A stretch of 64,000 nt of DNA from the human T2T-CHM13v2.0 reference genome, Homo sapiens. The stretch is from the NCBI RefSeq assembly GCF_009914755.1, contig NC_060939.1, one strand, 5' to 3'. The notes beneath the pieces are model-generated. The model was not told where the DNA came from. It ran no database searches and saw only the letters and a list, made by a program, of their open reading frames with translations. The translations under genes were made by a program, and so were the position numbers. Numbering within the stretch: the first letter of the stretch is position 1; every line of letters begins with the position of its first letter. This document shows, in pieces, positions 16,875 to 31,339 of this stretch.

Positions 16875-17155
16875 TTAGAATAACATTTAACTATAAGTCT
16901 CTATTGTTTTTGCCCTATCATAACTTAAAGCAAACGGAACTCCTTCATAACCTCTGGTAGTGCCCTTAGATTGAAGTTTACATCATGCTTGCTCCATTCT
17001 AAGCAAATGAGTAAAGGTGAAATAAAGGGCCATGCCGCATGCCCCGTCCTCTTTCATGGAGGAAAGAGAAGAGAAACTTGCCAAGTTCTTTGTGTGTTCC
17101 AGCTATCTAGCTCTTCCTAAAGTTCAGAACAGATAACATTGATAATGAGGCCTAC

Positions 17156-17355
17156 CTCTCTTGGATTGGGAAACCCATTGGCAATGATAATCTTCTTGTA
17201 ATATTGAACTGAAGCCTTTGGATAGCGAGGCTTATTTCTGTCGTTAAATTCAACATAGTAGAATCCATATCTATCTGAGTATCCTTTCTCCCATTCAAAC
17301 TTATCCAACAGAGACCAGGAAGTATACCCCTTTATATTAGCACCATCTTTTATAG
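17156..17355 (-). CDS. LCTL: LCTL exon 11 (AIKDGANIKGYTSWSLLDKFEWEKGYSDRYG...NPRE)
   Basis: GH1 WSLxDNFEW-like motif; GT-AG boundaries; 200 nt. Confidence 0.97.
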
Positions 17356-17536
17356 CTGCAAAGACATTTTATTCCATTTTAAATATATTTCATTTACTTA
17401 GAAAAATAAAACTGAAGATAATGTTAAAATGTTTTCATTTATGAGATTTAGAAGCAAGTTTCAGTTGATTGTGTGTTAATCACATTTTGTCTCAGTTAAA
17501 CGGGAAAACTGCAGACAATCTTGGTTTGTGTCTCAC

Positions 17537-17663
17537 CTTTTAGCATTTCATTTATGTATCCTTTAAGGTATTGAATTCTCCACTCATCACATAATTGAGT
17601 ACAGTGGAATTTTTGAGATGCTCCATTTTCCATCACATATATGGGAGGATCACCGTATTGAGT
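17537..17663 (-). CDS. LCTL: LCTL exon 10 ([14 protein letters not shown]...EMLK), containing the GH1 nucleophile motif
   Basis: IYVMENG corresponds to the GH1 ITENG motif; GT-AG boundaries; 127 nt. Confidence 0.97.
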
Positions 17664-17818
17664 CTGAAAGTGAGTCATAGCAACAAATATCTTAAAAATT
17701 CTGACCTACAGGTAGGTTTCTGAGTCAGAGGCTCATATAGGAACACATATTCAAGCCTGCCACATTCTAATCAAGTGTATTTTGGCATTTAGTAGATGTC
17801 AGATAACATGTTTATTTA

Positions 17819-18055
<237 letters not shown>

Positions 18056-18474
18056 TTAAGAGGCTGAGGCAGGAAATCACTTGAACCTGGAAGGCAGAGG
18101 TGGCAGTGAGCCGAGATCATGCCACTGCACTCCAGCCTGGGTGACAGAGTGAGACTGTCTCAAAAAAAAAAAAAAAAAAAAAACGTTGGAGGGGACATGT
18201 ACTTTGGTCTTGTTCTTTGCCACATATTCCAGTTTAGGTGTGAAGGACAGCAAAATAAATGTGGGATATGAATTTTTTAGCTAAAGTTATATACATGCAA
18301 ATGGTTATGCATGGTAGACGTGAGTCTGTAAGGCCTACATTTAGTAGCCTCTGAAGTATGAGTAACTAGGTTTATTTTGTTTTATTAACTTTCTAATGTA
18401 GGCACCTGAGCTTAAGCTGTGAGAACATGAATTCAAGTCTAAATGTCCTTTGAATAGCTGAATGTGATAATCAC

Positions 18475-18749
18475 CTGAGCAAAGTTAAGGAGCCTCCTAA
18501 ATCCCCATGGCACAGAATATAGCCATTTAGACCCCAGATCTGGCCAGTTTGGGTCAACCAGCTCTATCAAGTCACGATCGTTCTGGTAGCTGGGCCCCTG
18601 GCGGGAGGGGTAGTTCCTTTCCGTGATGTACCGAGTAGTAAAATGACCTAATCCCAAGAAATCGGATGTGCCTTTAATGTAGCTCTTCTCCTGGAGTGAG
18701 AACACCGGTAACCTCGACATCTCCAGGCCTTGCTCTGCACTCTTTCTTC
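18475..18749 (-). CDS. LCTL: LCTL exon 9 (RKSAEQGLEMSRLPVF...RRLLNFAQ)
   Basis: aaaag|GA acceptor and CAG|gtgatt donor; 275 nt; in phase. Confidence 0.96.
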
Positions 18750-19058
18750 CTTTTGAGAGAGAAAAGTAGAATTTAACAAAGCCTTATTTTCTCCCAATCA
18801 CTGTGTTATGTATCATGACGATAGTGACATCTTGACATAAACGGTGGGCTTTAGGATTCATTTGCATGGGAAGTATAACCTTAGCCATCCAAAGTGGAAT
18901 TTTTGAAATTTCAATACTGTCCAAAATATTTATAAGTTTATATTGCTTAAAAATAGCATTTTCAGGCCGGGCGTGGTGGCTCACGCCTATAATCCCAGCA
19001 CTTTGGGAGGCTGAGGCGGGCGGATCACAAGGTCAGGAGATCGAGACCATCCTGGCTA

Positions 19059-19283
<225 letters not shown>

Positions 19284-19345
19284 TCAGTAAGTGGTGTGTA
19301 GCCATCTGGAGAAAAAGTAGAGTTGGGCTCCTATATTGTTCCTTA

Positions 19346-19516
<171 letters not shown>

Positions 19517-19519
19517 TCA

Positions 19520-19948
<429 letters not shown>

Positions 19949-20868
19949 TCAAAAAATAAAAAATAAAAATGTGTAATTTTAGCTGCCTTTGGGAAGGGAA
20001 CTGGAAGGCCAGTGATGGTATGTCCTATCTTTGTCCCATCTTTCAAAGTTGTAAAAGCATATGTCCTTTCATTGACCAATTCCAAATCTGTTTACACTTT
20101 ACTCACACATGTAAAGGGATGTTTGTACAAGGATCTTCATTATAGATTGAGTGGCAAAAGATTGGAAACAACCTAAATGTCTGTCAGTAGGGTCTGGTTA
20201 TGTAAATGAAACATCCATCAGTACAACACTATGCAGCCTTTAGAACAAATGAGGTGGCACTTTCTATAGCGATGTGGAAAGCTTGCCAGGATATAGGTTT
20301 CAGTGAAAAAAAAAGCTTCAGAATGTTGCGTGTAATCATAAGCACATACACTGACCACATGCACAATCCATCTCTGGAAGTATACTTGCTTCTGGGGAGG
20401 GAGAGAGAGAGGCCTGACTTTTTACTTCATATTTTTTGTACTTTAAAAAATTGGAAACATGTCCAGGTGTAATCTATACAAAAAAGACTTTTAATATATA
20501 AATCAAGAAAAACAACATTTTCCCTGAATTGATCTAAAATATAACCATAAGAATAGTTCCAAAGAGGATAATAGTTTAGATAAAATGAATACAAAGTTTG
20601 TGTTATTAAATACCCTTAAGATATTAGCATAAAGCAAATAAAATATTGGCACATTATTTCAGTTACATTTAGTGACTTAAGAAAAGCCACCAGCTATCGT
20701 CATTGTCCTTGCACTGATACAATAGCCACTAGCTGCATATGGCTATTAAAATATAGTGACCGAAGGATTGAATTTTTAATTTTAATTTTAAATTTTTTTT
20801 TTTTTGAGATGGAGTCTTGCTCCATCTCACTCTCCCAAAGTTTCGAACATGGTGAAACCCCATCTCTA

Positions 20869-22432
<1,564 letters not shown>

Positions 22433-23212
22433 TTGGGGAAAAAAATGGCCAAGAAAGCCCACCCCAAAACTTATTATGACAGAGTGATTCCCTTTTTCTG
22501 TCTTTGGGTGTTGACGTGTAAAGATGCGATGCCTGGGGTTGCTGCAGTCATCTTGTGGCCATGGGGATTGGTTGATGGGCTAACTGAAGGTGCCAGAGTG
22601 GAAAGATGGAATGAGCCTGGGTCCTCAAGGGCACCCCTGAAGGCTAGATTACCTAGCCCTGCATCACCCTTCCCTGGGCTCAGGTGGGATGATAAATTCC
22701 CTACTTCAAGTCATTTTTAGGTAGAATTTTCTGTTACGTGGCAGTTAAAAACATCCAAATTGATATATCCCTGTAAGCCTTACTTGTGTTTATTCTCTTC
22801 TCCAACACTGTGGAAACTGGAGCTTGGAAAGTATTTCTCCATTGACAGAAAGAACCGACAATAGAAGTGACACAGGCCCATGACTGTGTCTGACCTCTCT
22901 CCTGCTTGACTGCAGTTAAAGTGGGGTGGAGGAAGGGCAGGGAAGCAGAACATAAGAGAGACCAGCCCAAAGACCACCACTTTCTTCCCTGAGTTCTGAA
23001 AATTCTCAATTTCCAAGTCTAGGGAAATTGAGAGGTCTAGGGTTCCTCCCTGCCAATTCAAATGTCTGGTTCTCAATTCTTTTGAGTCTGGATTATCCCT
23101 TGAGTACCTCACCCAGGCCCAGTGAGCTCTTCATCCCCCTGCCTTTTGCTTGTTTCACATGGGCTCAATAACTTGCCCTAGTATCTGCAGTTTAAAATGA
23201 GACTGGGCTCAC

Positions 23213-23374
23213 CAATGTAGTCCTTCATGACTTGGGGGTAGTCACCGGCATAAATGGGGTTGGCAAACCAGCCCAGACAGAACTGTAGGTATCTCTCGGC
23301 AGCCTCTAGGTCCTTGGGGTTACTAATGTCCACAGGTTCCCCCCAGTCACAGTTCAATGAAATTCCCACCAGAC
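23213..23374 (-). CDS. LCTL: LCTL exon 8 (GLVGISLNCDWGEP...GDYPQVMKDYI)
   Basis: tttaag|GT acceptor and TTG|gtgagc donor; 162 nt. Confidence 0.97.
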
Positions 23375-23472
23375 CTTAAAAGAAAAGAAAGAAAAGGGAG
23401 TGGGGAGTGGGCATGCCATTGCTGCTCCGGGCACTTGGCTGTCCTGGGTACATGTGTGGGGCCACAGCTCAC

Positions 23473-23527
23473 CTTGCTGCTTGCTGCGCCACGTGGTGTT
23501 ATAAGAATGCCAGGCTTTGGCGTGGGC
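23473..23527 (-). CDS. LCTL: LCTL exon 7 (AHAKAWHSYNTTWRSKQQ)
   Basis: tttcag|GCC acceptor and AAG|gtgagc donor; 55 nt. Confidence 0.96.
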
Positions 23528-24023
23528 CTGAAAGGGGAGCAGAAATTCATCGTAGGTACCTGGCCCATCCATTTCCTCCCTTTCAATCTGAGTGGCCTTT
23601 CTTTGCTTCCTAACTTTAGAGCTATTATTTTCATCAATCCAGCCTTGTTTATCCCGATCCAGTCTTCTTTCCTCTAACTTCTTGAGGCACTTATTTTCTT
23701 TATATTGTAAATGAAACTTGATGTAAGTCTGGCTCAAACAACTTTTTGTTGTTATTTATCGTTTTTAAGATTTTTGCTAAAGTTTCCTGTTTTGTTCCTC
23801 TTAGTCCTCAGTAGCAACTAGGCAGTACTTTTCCTCAGAGGAGCTCAGTAATTTAGGAAAATACCAAGTGTCTGAAATAGTCTTGAGAAATGGAATCTAA
23901 AACACGCCAACCTGCCTTCTCTTCATATTCTACCAGTGACCCGCTGGCCTGCCTGAGGCTATTTCAGCTAGCCACCGCGCTTGGGTAGGTCAACACCTAA
24001 GAGAGATGGAAAGTAATCTAGAA

Positions 24024-24155
24024 CAGTGATTATCGGTGTGTGATCTCCAGACCAAGGTCATCAGGATCCACTGGGAACTTAATAGACATGCAAATCCATG
24101 GGCCCTTGCCAGACCTACTGAATCAGAAACTCAAAGCGGGGCCCAAGAATCTGTG
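24024..24155. mobile_element. MER5A (hAT-Charlie) DNA transposon remnant
   Basis: agacctactgaatcagaaactc core typical of MER5A. Confidence 0.7.
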
Positions 24156-24164
24156 GTTTTTGTG

Positions 24165-24195
<31 letters not shown>

Positions 24196-25087
24196 TTTAT
24201 CTTGAGATGGAGTCTCGCTCTGTGGCCCAGGCTGGAGTGCAGTGGTACAATCTTGGCTCACTGTAACCTCTGCCTCCCAGGTTCAAGCCATTCTCCTGCT
24301 TCAGCCTCCTGAGTAGCTGGGACTACAGGCACCCACCACCACACCTGGCTAATTTTTGTACTTTTAGTAGAGATAGGGTTTCTCCATGTTGGTCAGGCTG
24401 ATCTCGAACTCCAGACCTCAAGCAATCTGCCCACCTCAGCCTCCCAAAGTGCTGGAATTGCAGGCATGAGCCACTGTGCCTGGCCAGCAATCTGTGCTTT
24501 AATAAGCTTGTTTTTTGTTTTTTGTTTTTTTTTTCTTGAGATGGGGTCTTGCTTGTTGTCTAGGCTGGAATTAAACTCCTAGGCTCAAGTGATCCTCCTG
24601 CTCAAGTGATCATCCCTCCTACTCAAGCCTCTCAAATAGCTGGGACAACAGGCATGTGCCACCACACCTGGCTCAGTAATCATTTATTAAATTATTTTGA
24701 TGTGTGTTAAAATTTGAGAAGTACCAATTTAGAAGACCTGAATATCTGAAGGCTATAGAATTCGGGGTTGTTTTGTTTGTTACTCACAGAGAACCTGTAT
24801 TTATCAGACTTCTTTCCTTATAATTCCTTTTGCCAACCAGCAATAACCAAGTGAATCATGGTATTGTCTGATGAAGTGGAACATGTCAAAACAATATCAG
24901 AATCACATCTCTTCAGGCCGGGTGCGGTGGCTCACACCTGTAATCCCAAAACTTTGGGAGGGCAAGGTGGGTAGATCACGAGGTCAGGAGTTGGAGACCA
25001 GCCTGGCCAACATGGTGAAACCCTGTCTCTACTAAAAATTCAAAAAAATTAGCCGGGTGTGGTGGCGTATGCCTGTAATCCCAGCTA

Positions 25088-25222
<135 letters not shown>

Positions 25223-25233
25223 TCAGCTCACTA

Positions 25234-25606
<373 letters not shown>

Positions 25607-26495
25607 TTAAATATTCACAGTTTAAGAAATCATAAGCCAAATGTAGAAAAAATGAGAAAATGTTCTCCCTGATATGAGTTTGGGGATCTGGAATGTCACC
25701 CAGTGGTTCCTTGCCTTCCAGCTTAGACAGATTGTCCACCTTCCGCTAAGTGTCCTTTGGGGCCAATCCCGCATGCCTCGTATCCCTGTTCTCCAGTTAC
25801 CATCATGTATACCCTCATACATGTCCTGTAATGTGACCCAATTCCTTCCCCAGCGACAAGGCTTTCCAGTAGCCCTTCCTTCCTGCAGCATCTTCTCCGA
25901 ATGGCCCCTTTACTCTCTTGTGTGACTGATGCCTGCTGGCCCTAAGAGCACCTCCGCTGCAGCTCCTTCAAGCAGAGGCCATTTGTTCCATCACACTCCA
26001 CATACCTCTGAGCTGGGAGTAAGGTGGAGTCTGCCTGCTCATTATCGCTGCTTCCAAACTAGTTTTCCTTCCTCCTTCAAAATTCCCAGGTTCTTTGAAG
26101 TCCACACTCTGATGACCACTTCTAACTCCTCTTACTGCTGTCCTTGATCAACCCCAGTTACTTCTACTGATTCATTGAAGATTTTAACCCCTGGCTCGCT
26201 GTCACACCCCTTCTTCCTCCTGTCACAGCTTGGACCTGTAGTTGACGCATTTCCACATGGATGTCCCCTTGGCTAGGCTGTAAGCTCTTGGGAGTCGCTA
26301 TAACAGCTCAGCCATAGTGTCCCCCAGCGCCCTGAATGACAGAACACGCCCTCCATAAATCGTCACAGAAGGGAAGGTGCTATGGAGTATGCTGACTCGG
26401 AGGTGGAGCGGCAGAGGACCAAGCTCAGGCTAGAGCCCCTGGGGCAGGCTGAGCTGACCCTGAGGCTGTTCCTCCACCAGAAGGACCCACCTCAC

Positions 26496-26591
26496 CTTAA
26501 TGATGTGGTGTGCTGCCTTGTACAGGCCGGTGCCGCGGAGCTTCAGGCCCGGCGCATGGTGGCCCGTCTCATAGCCTTTTTCTGCCATTGC
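26496..26591 (-). CDS. LCTL: LCTL exon 6 (AMAEKGYETGHHAPGLKLRGTGLYKAAHHIIK)
   Basis: tatag|GCA acceptor and AAG|gtgagg donor; 96 nt. Confidence 0.97.
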
Positions 26592-26676
26592 CTATAGGGA
26601 CAGCAAGCAGGACCACAGGATCCATAAGAAGTGGCAGGGAGTGTCACATTCTCCCACCTGGAGGGGCCCTGCTTAC

Positions 26677-26805
26677 CCGAGGATCACTGAACGTGATCCA
26701 GTGCTTCACACGGTCCCCAAAGGCCTCAAAGCACAGGTTGGCGTAGTCTCTGAAGTAGTTGGCCATGCTCACATTCTGCCACCCACCGTATTTGACCTGG
26801 AGCAG
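26677..26805 (-). CDS. LCTL: LCTL exon 5 (LLQVKYGGWQNVSMANYF...VKHWITFSDPR)
   Basis: cacag|CTG acceptor and CGG|gtaagc donor; 129 nt; motif equivalent to GH1 WITFNEP. Confidence 0.97.
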
Positions 26806-28015
26806 CTGTGAACACAGAGAAGCAGATGCCCCATGAATGAACCGCAAAGCGGTTTAAATGTGGAGATAAGCTGTGTGACAGTCCTCAGACAAACAGGAGG
26901 GAGGCCGCACAGGGAGACTGGGACTCTCATGCCTAGAAAGAACTGGATGGATTGAATATTTAAGAAAAATTGCCAGGGGAAAGGGGCCTAATAATGGGGA
27001 AGCATCTTAGATCTAAGTTCTGGAGAAATGAGATCTGATGCTAGGATGAACACTCTGATGAGGATTTTGAGGGCCACACAGATGTCAGAAAGCTCCTAGA
27101 AGCCTTGGGACAGAGTCTGCCTTCTTCGGCAGAGGGCTTTCCCAACCAAAGACATCTGCCCATGACGGCAGAATTCTCCCAAGACTTGTCACTGTATCGA
27201 GACTACCTGTCCAGCTCTCCTTGGTGGGTTTGAGGGGATGTTAATGGGGCAGGCTCATGAAAGCAACCAGGGAAGAAGCTGGAAGGTTCATCTCCCTAAA
27301 GCCTGCTCTGCCCTCCTGCCCAGTTAGAGGACTCTGGTAGCTCCCATTCCCACAGAATAAACCCAGTTCCCAGTCATCTTAGCTCAGCACTCGAGGCCTT
27401 CGAGGTCTTCCCCAAGCCACTTCTCCAGCCTCTAACCCTTCCCTCTCCTACCTGCTCCCCAAATTCTAACTGAACCGAACTGCTTGCCCAGCTTCCCCCT
27501 CTTTGCCATGCGCCCTCCAATCAGAACACCCTTTCCTCCCACCTCCTGCCCAAACCTTCCAGGGCACCGATGGGACCACCTTCTCCCCAGTGAATGAAAA
27601 TATTGCCTGAGGCCAGGCGCAGTGGCTCACGCCTGTAATCCTAGCACTTTGGGAGGCCGAGGCAGCTGGATCACCTGAAGACAGGAGTTCGAGACCAGCC
27701 TGGCCAACATGGCGAAACCCTGTCTTTACTAAAAATACAAAAATTAGCCGGGCGTGGTGGCACATGCCTGTAATCCCAGCTACTCAGGAGGCTGAGACAG
27801 GAGAATCACTCGAACCCAGGAGGCGGAGGCTGTAGTGAGCCGAGATCATGCCACTGCACTCCAGCCTGGACGACGAAGCAGGACTCCATCTCAAAAAAAA
27901 AAAAAAACAAAAGAAAGAAAATATTGCTTGAATCACAGTGACATAGTGACGTTCTGAAGCATGTTGTGATTTCATGGACATTGCTGGGGCAGGGGTCATA
28001 TATGAGTGCTTGTGA

Positions 28016-28189
<174 letters not shown>

Positions 28190-28515
28190 TAGCCTCCCAA
28201 GTAGCTGGGATTATAGGCGCCTGCCACCACGTCTGGCTAAGTTTTGTATTTTTCGTAGAGACTGTGTTTCACCAGGTTGGCCAGGCTGGTCTCGAAGTCC
28301 TGACTTCAGGTGATCCACCCACCTCGGCCCCCCAAAGTGCTAGGATTACAGGCGTGAGCCACTGTGCCTGGCTGCCAGATCTTAGTTAAAAGACATATCT
28401 TTATAGTTTTTAAAATTTGTTTTTATGCCAAGTTTTTTAGAAAACAAAAGGATTCACTCTTTTCACTTACTACACACATCAATTAAAGCAGTGTGACCTC
28501 CCTGCCATACATGAG

Positions 28516-28845
28516 TGCTTTGGTTTGAATGTTTCTGTCCCCTGGAATTCATGTTGAAACTGTATCCCCTGTGTAACAGTATGGGGAAGTGTAGTCTTTG
28601 GCAGGTGATTGAGTCATGAGGGCTCTTCTCTCTTGAATGGGATTAGGTGCCCTTATAAAAAGAGGGACACGGCATTCAAGGCATCATCTTGGAAGCAGAG
28701 ACTGGGGCCTCACCAGAGTCTGCACCTGCCAGTGTCTTGATCTTGGACTTCCCAGCCTCCAGAACTGTGGGAAGATACATTCCCGTTCTTTACAAGTTAC
28801 CCAGACTCAGGCATTCCATTGCAACAGCAAAAGTGGATTAAGACA
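28516..28845 (+). mobile_element. MaLR solo LTR (MST/MLT1A-like)
   Basis: tgct..ggtttgaatgt start, tcttggacttcccagcctccagaactgtg core and agaca end. Confidence 0.75.
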
Positions 28846-29005
28846 GTGAGTCAGAGAGATTTTTTCACTCACTCGCATCTTATAGTCCTGCGCCAGAATC
28901 CAGACCCTAGTCTCTGCTCCACCTTGGCAACCCAAGTCCTCAAACTGGGCTCCCTCCTGCTTAGTTGAGTCCCCTTTGGGCCTGTGAGCCTGCTCAGGTC
29001 CTCAC

Positions 29006-29115
29006 CTGTGGCAGATCCCAGTGGTGCAAGGTCACGATGGGAGTGATGTTGCTGCTCAGAAGGGCATCGATAAGATCACTGTAGAATTCGATTCCCTTCT
29101 TGTTCACCTGCTCGG
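29006..29115 (-). CDS. LCTL: LCTL exon 4 ([37 protein letters not shown])
   Basis: GH1 TLxHWDLPQ motif; GT-AG boundaries; 110 nt. Confidence 0.97.
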
Positions 29116-29400
29116 CTGCAGGTGAAATAAAAGAAGATGCTACCAGAAAGGACCTCGGCCTTGGCCTTGGCCTTCTGGAGTGCAGCATTCCTGGGCCCTG
29201 TTGCTTTTTGAAGGCCTGAGGCACCCTCAGCCCACCAGCATTCTGGGAGCCCAGTTACCTGCAGAACCTGTGAGAGCTGCTACCGTCAGCAACTACGTTC
29301 ATGGGCTGATCTCCCTCCCCAGGACTCTGTGGTGCCCCTGCAAAGCCAACATTGCCGGAAGGGGCCTCACTTGGGTTCAAGAGGGGCTTCCCTAGCTCAC

Positions 29401-29488
29401 CTCGGATGCCTGTGGGCAGGAGCCGGGGCCAAGACAGGGAGAATCGGTAGTGGTTGACGTGCAGTTCCCTCAGCAGAATGATGTCCTC
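29401..29488 (-). CDS. LCTL: LCTL exon 3 (EDIILLRELHVNHYRFSLSWPRLLPTGIR)
   Basis: GH1 YRFSxSWPR motif; GT-AG boundaries; 88 nt. Confidence 0.97.
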
Positions 29489-30165
29489 CTGTGCAGACAG
29501 GGGTGGGGAGACAGGTCACCTGGGCCCTGGGTATGGGAGGTAGGGGTCCATCGGGCTCTAGGGCCGAGGCTCACTCTTGTCTGTAGCTGTTAGTGGGCAA
29601 GGAAGAACCTGCTTCCTCACCTGTACAACAGAGGTGATGCCACCTGCCCACTTCATGCAGGGGATATGCCAAGAGTCAAAGAAAACGCAGGACAGGGAGG
29701 CACTGAGAGAAGTCCATCAGGGTGCCCCTAGTAAACCTGGGTGATGAGTTCCTCAAGAAGCCATCCAGAGAGGAAAGTGGGTGCTGAGGATGAGCGGGTC
29801 CCACTCCCTCCACAGGGTGCAACTGACAAGCAGGGACCAGGGGTTCAGGCCACTGTGGCTGTAGGCCCTGAGGCTGTGGGATCAGCCCTTCAGCTCCCCC
29901 TTCACTTGGCCTGAGGCACTGGCTCAGGTGAGGCCCCACTTTCCTTTCCTCCTACATCCACCTCACATCCTGGCCCCTCCCAAACCTTCACCCCCACTGG
30001 CCCTGCCCCCTCTGGCTGCACTGGGGTAGAGGGTGTTTGGCAGAGCATGGGGATGACATTGTCATCAGAGCTCCCCCAAACGTCACTCCCTGCCTCCCAG
30101 CTAGGCATGTACTCACATGTGTGTGCACGCGCGCGCACACACACACACTCACACCCCGCACTCAC

Positions 30166-30329
30166 CTGGACCTTGTAGTAGCCGTCACAGGCTACATCTG
30201 CCGTCTCATTCCCAAGCACTTTCCCCTTCCCACTGTGTGTGAAGACGTCCCAGATGCTAGGCCCTTTCCCGTCCTGGTCCCAGGCGCCCTCCGTCTGGTA
30301 GGCAGAACTGCCCACGCCCCAGGAGAAGC
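30166..30329 (-). CDS. LCTL: LCTL exon 2 ([30 protein letters not shown]...DGYYKVQ)
   Basis: GH1 N-terminal signature; ctgcag|GC acceptor and CAG|gtgagt donor; 164 nt. Confidence 0.98.
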
Positions 30330-30737
30330 CTGCAGGGGGAGACCCGTGCTGGGTCCCAGGTGCTCCCATGTGTCACCCAGAGCCAGGACTCTGGGCTGTG
30401 CCTCCCAGGCCTCAGGGACTGCCCCTCCCTACCACGCTGCCCCTGTCCCACTGGGGACTTGTCTTCCTAGGAGTGTGAGCACATGAGGCACGGTAGGGGA
30501 AGATATATTAAAAACATTTTTTGCACAATTTTAGCTCTGATTAGCATACATTATCTGTGTAATTTTTAGTAACTTCAAAAAAAAAATATCTGTTAGGAGC
30601 TTTTAGAACAACCACACAAAGGTAGGTTTCTCATCCTGCCAATCAGGAAGCAAGAACACCAAACTCCTTGTCAAGTCAGCCAAAGTGGGCAGGTGGACGA
30701 CAGACAGGCAGACAGACGAACAGAGGCGTGGCCGTAC

Positions 30738-30855
30738 CAAGAGGGAAGGTTCCATAGTAGAAGGAGGCCTCTTCTGGGGACCCCTTCCGGGCGGCCCCCA
30801 GCCTGGGCACCAGCAGTAGCATCCACAGAAGGGTGGCGACCCACACTGGCTTCAT
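30738..30855 (-). CDS. LCTL: LCTL exon 1 coding part: signal peptide (MKPVWVATLLWMLLLVPRLGAARKGSPEEASFYYGTFPL)
   Basis: GCACCATGA start context, hydrophobic leader, TTG|gtacgg donor; 118 nt in phase with exon 2. Confidence 0.95.
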
Positions 30856-31339
30856 GGTGCCTGGCCCTCCCCCATACCTGAAAAAGTGCAGCTGGCTCTG
30901 CAGGCCCCTGCAGCCAGGCTGATGGCCAGGTCTTGGCTTAGGGCAAAGGCCAAGTGGGGAGAGGAAGGGAAAGGAAGGCGCTTGATCTGCACCCAGCAGC
31001 AGAGGCTGAGGCTGGATGTCTGATGCTGTTTCCGTGCCTGGGGAGCTCTGAGACTGATGGGCAAGACTCCAAACTATCCCTTCTCCCTACCTTGGCTCCT
31101 GTCTGATGGGGGAGACCCAGCCCATACCCCTGAGTGGCCTCTATCTAAGGGGGAAACCACGTCTACCTCAGGGAAGCTCCAGTCTGAGGGGGCAGGTGGG
31201 AAAACCCACAGGGCCCTTTGGCTCTCCCAACGACACGCAGACCCCTCCCCCAAGCCGGGGTTGCCCATCCCAGTGCCTCTGTCCTGCACACGAGGGAGAC
31301 CCCTCGCTCTGGAATCCCCTCTTTGGTGCCAGCCCAGCC

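Noticed and set aside
29902-30369. 155-aa ORF containing the GH1 signature, read as a standalone gene (likewise 28994-29224, 26644-26847, 18439-18720, 17117-17308)
   Set aside because: These are single LCTL exons read through into flanking introns; the spliced model explains them.
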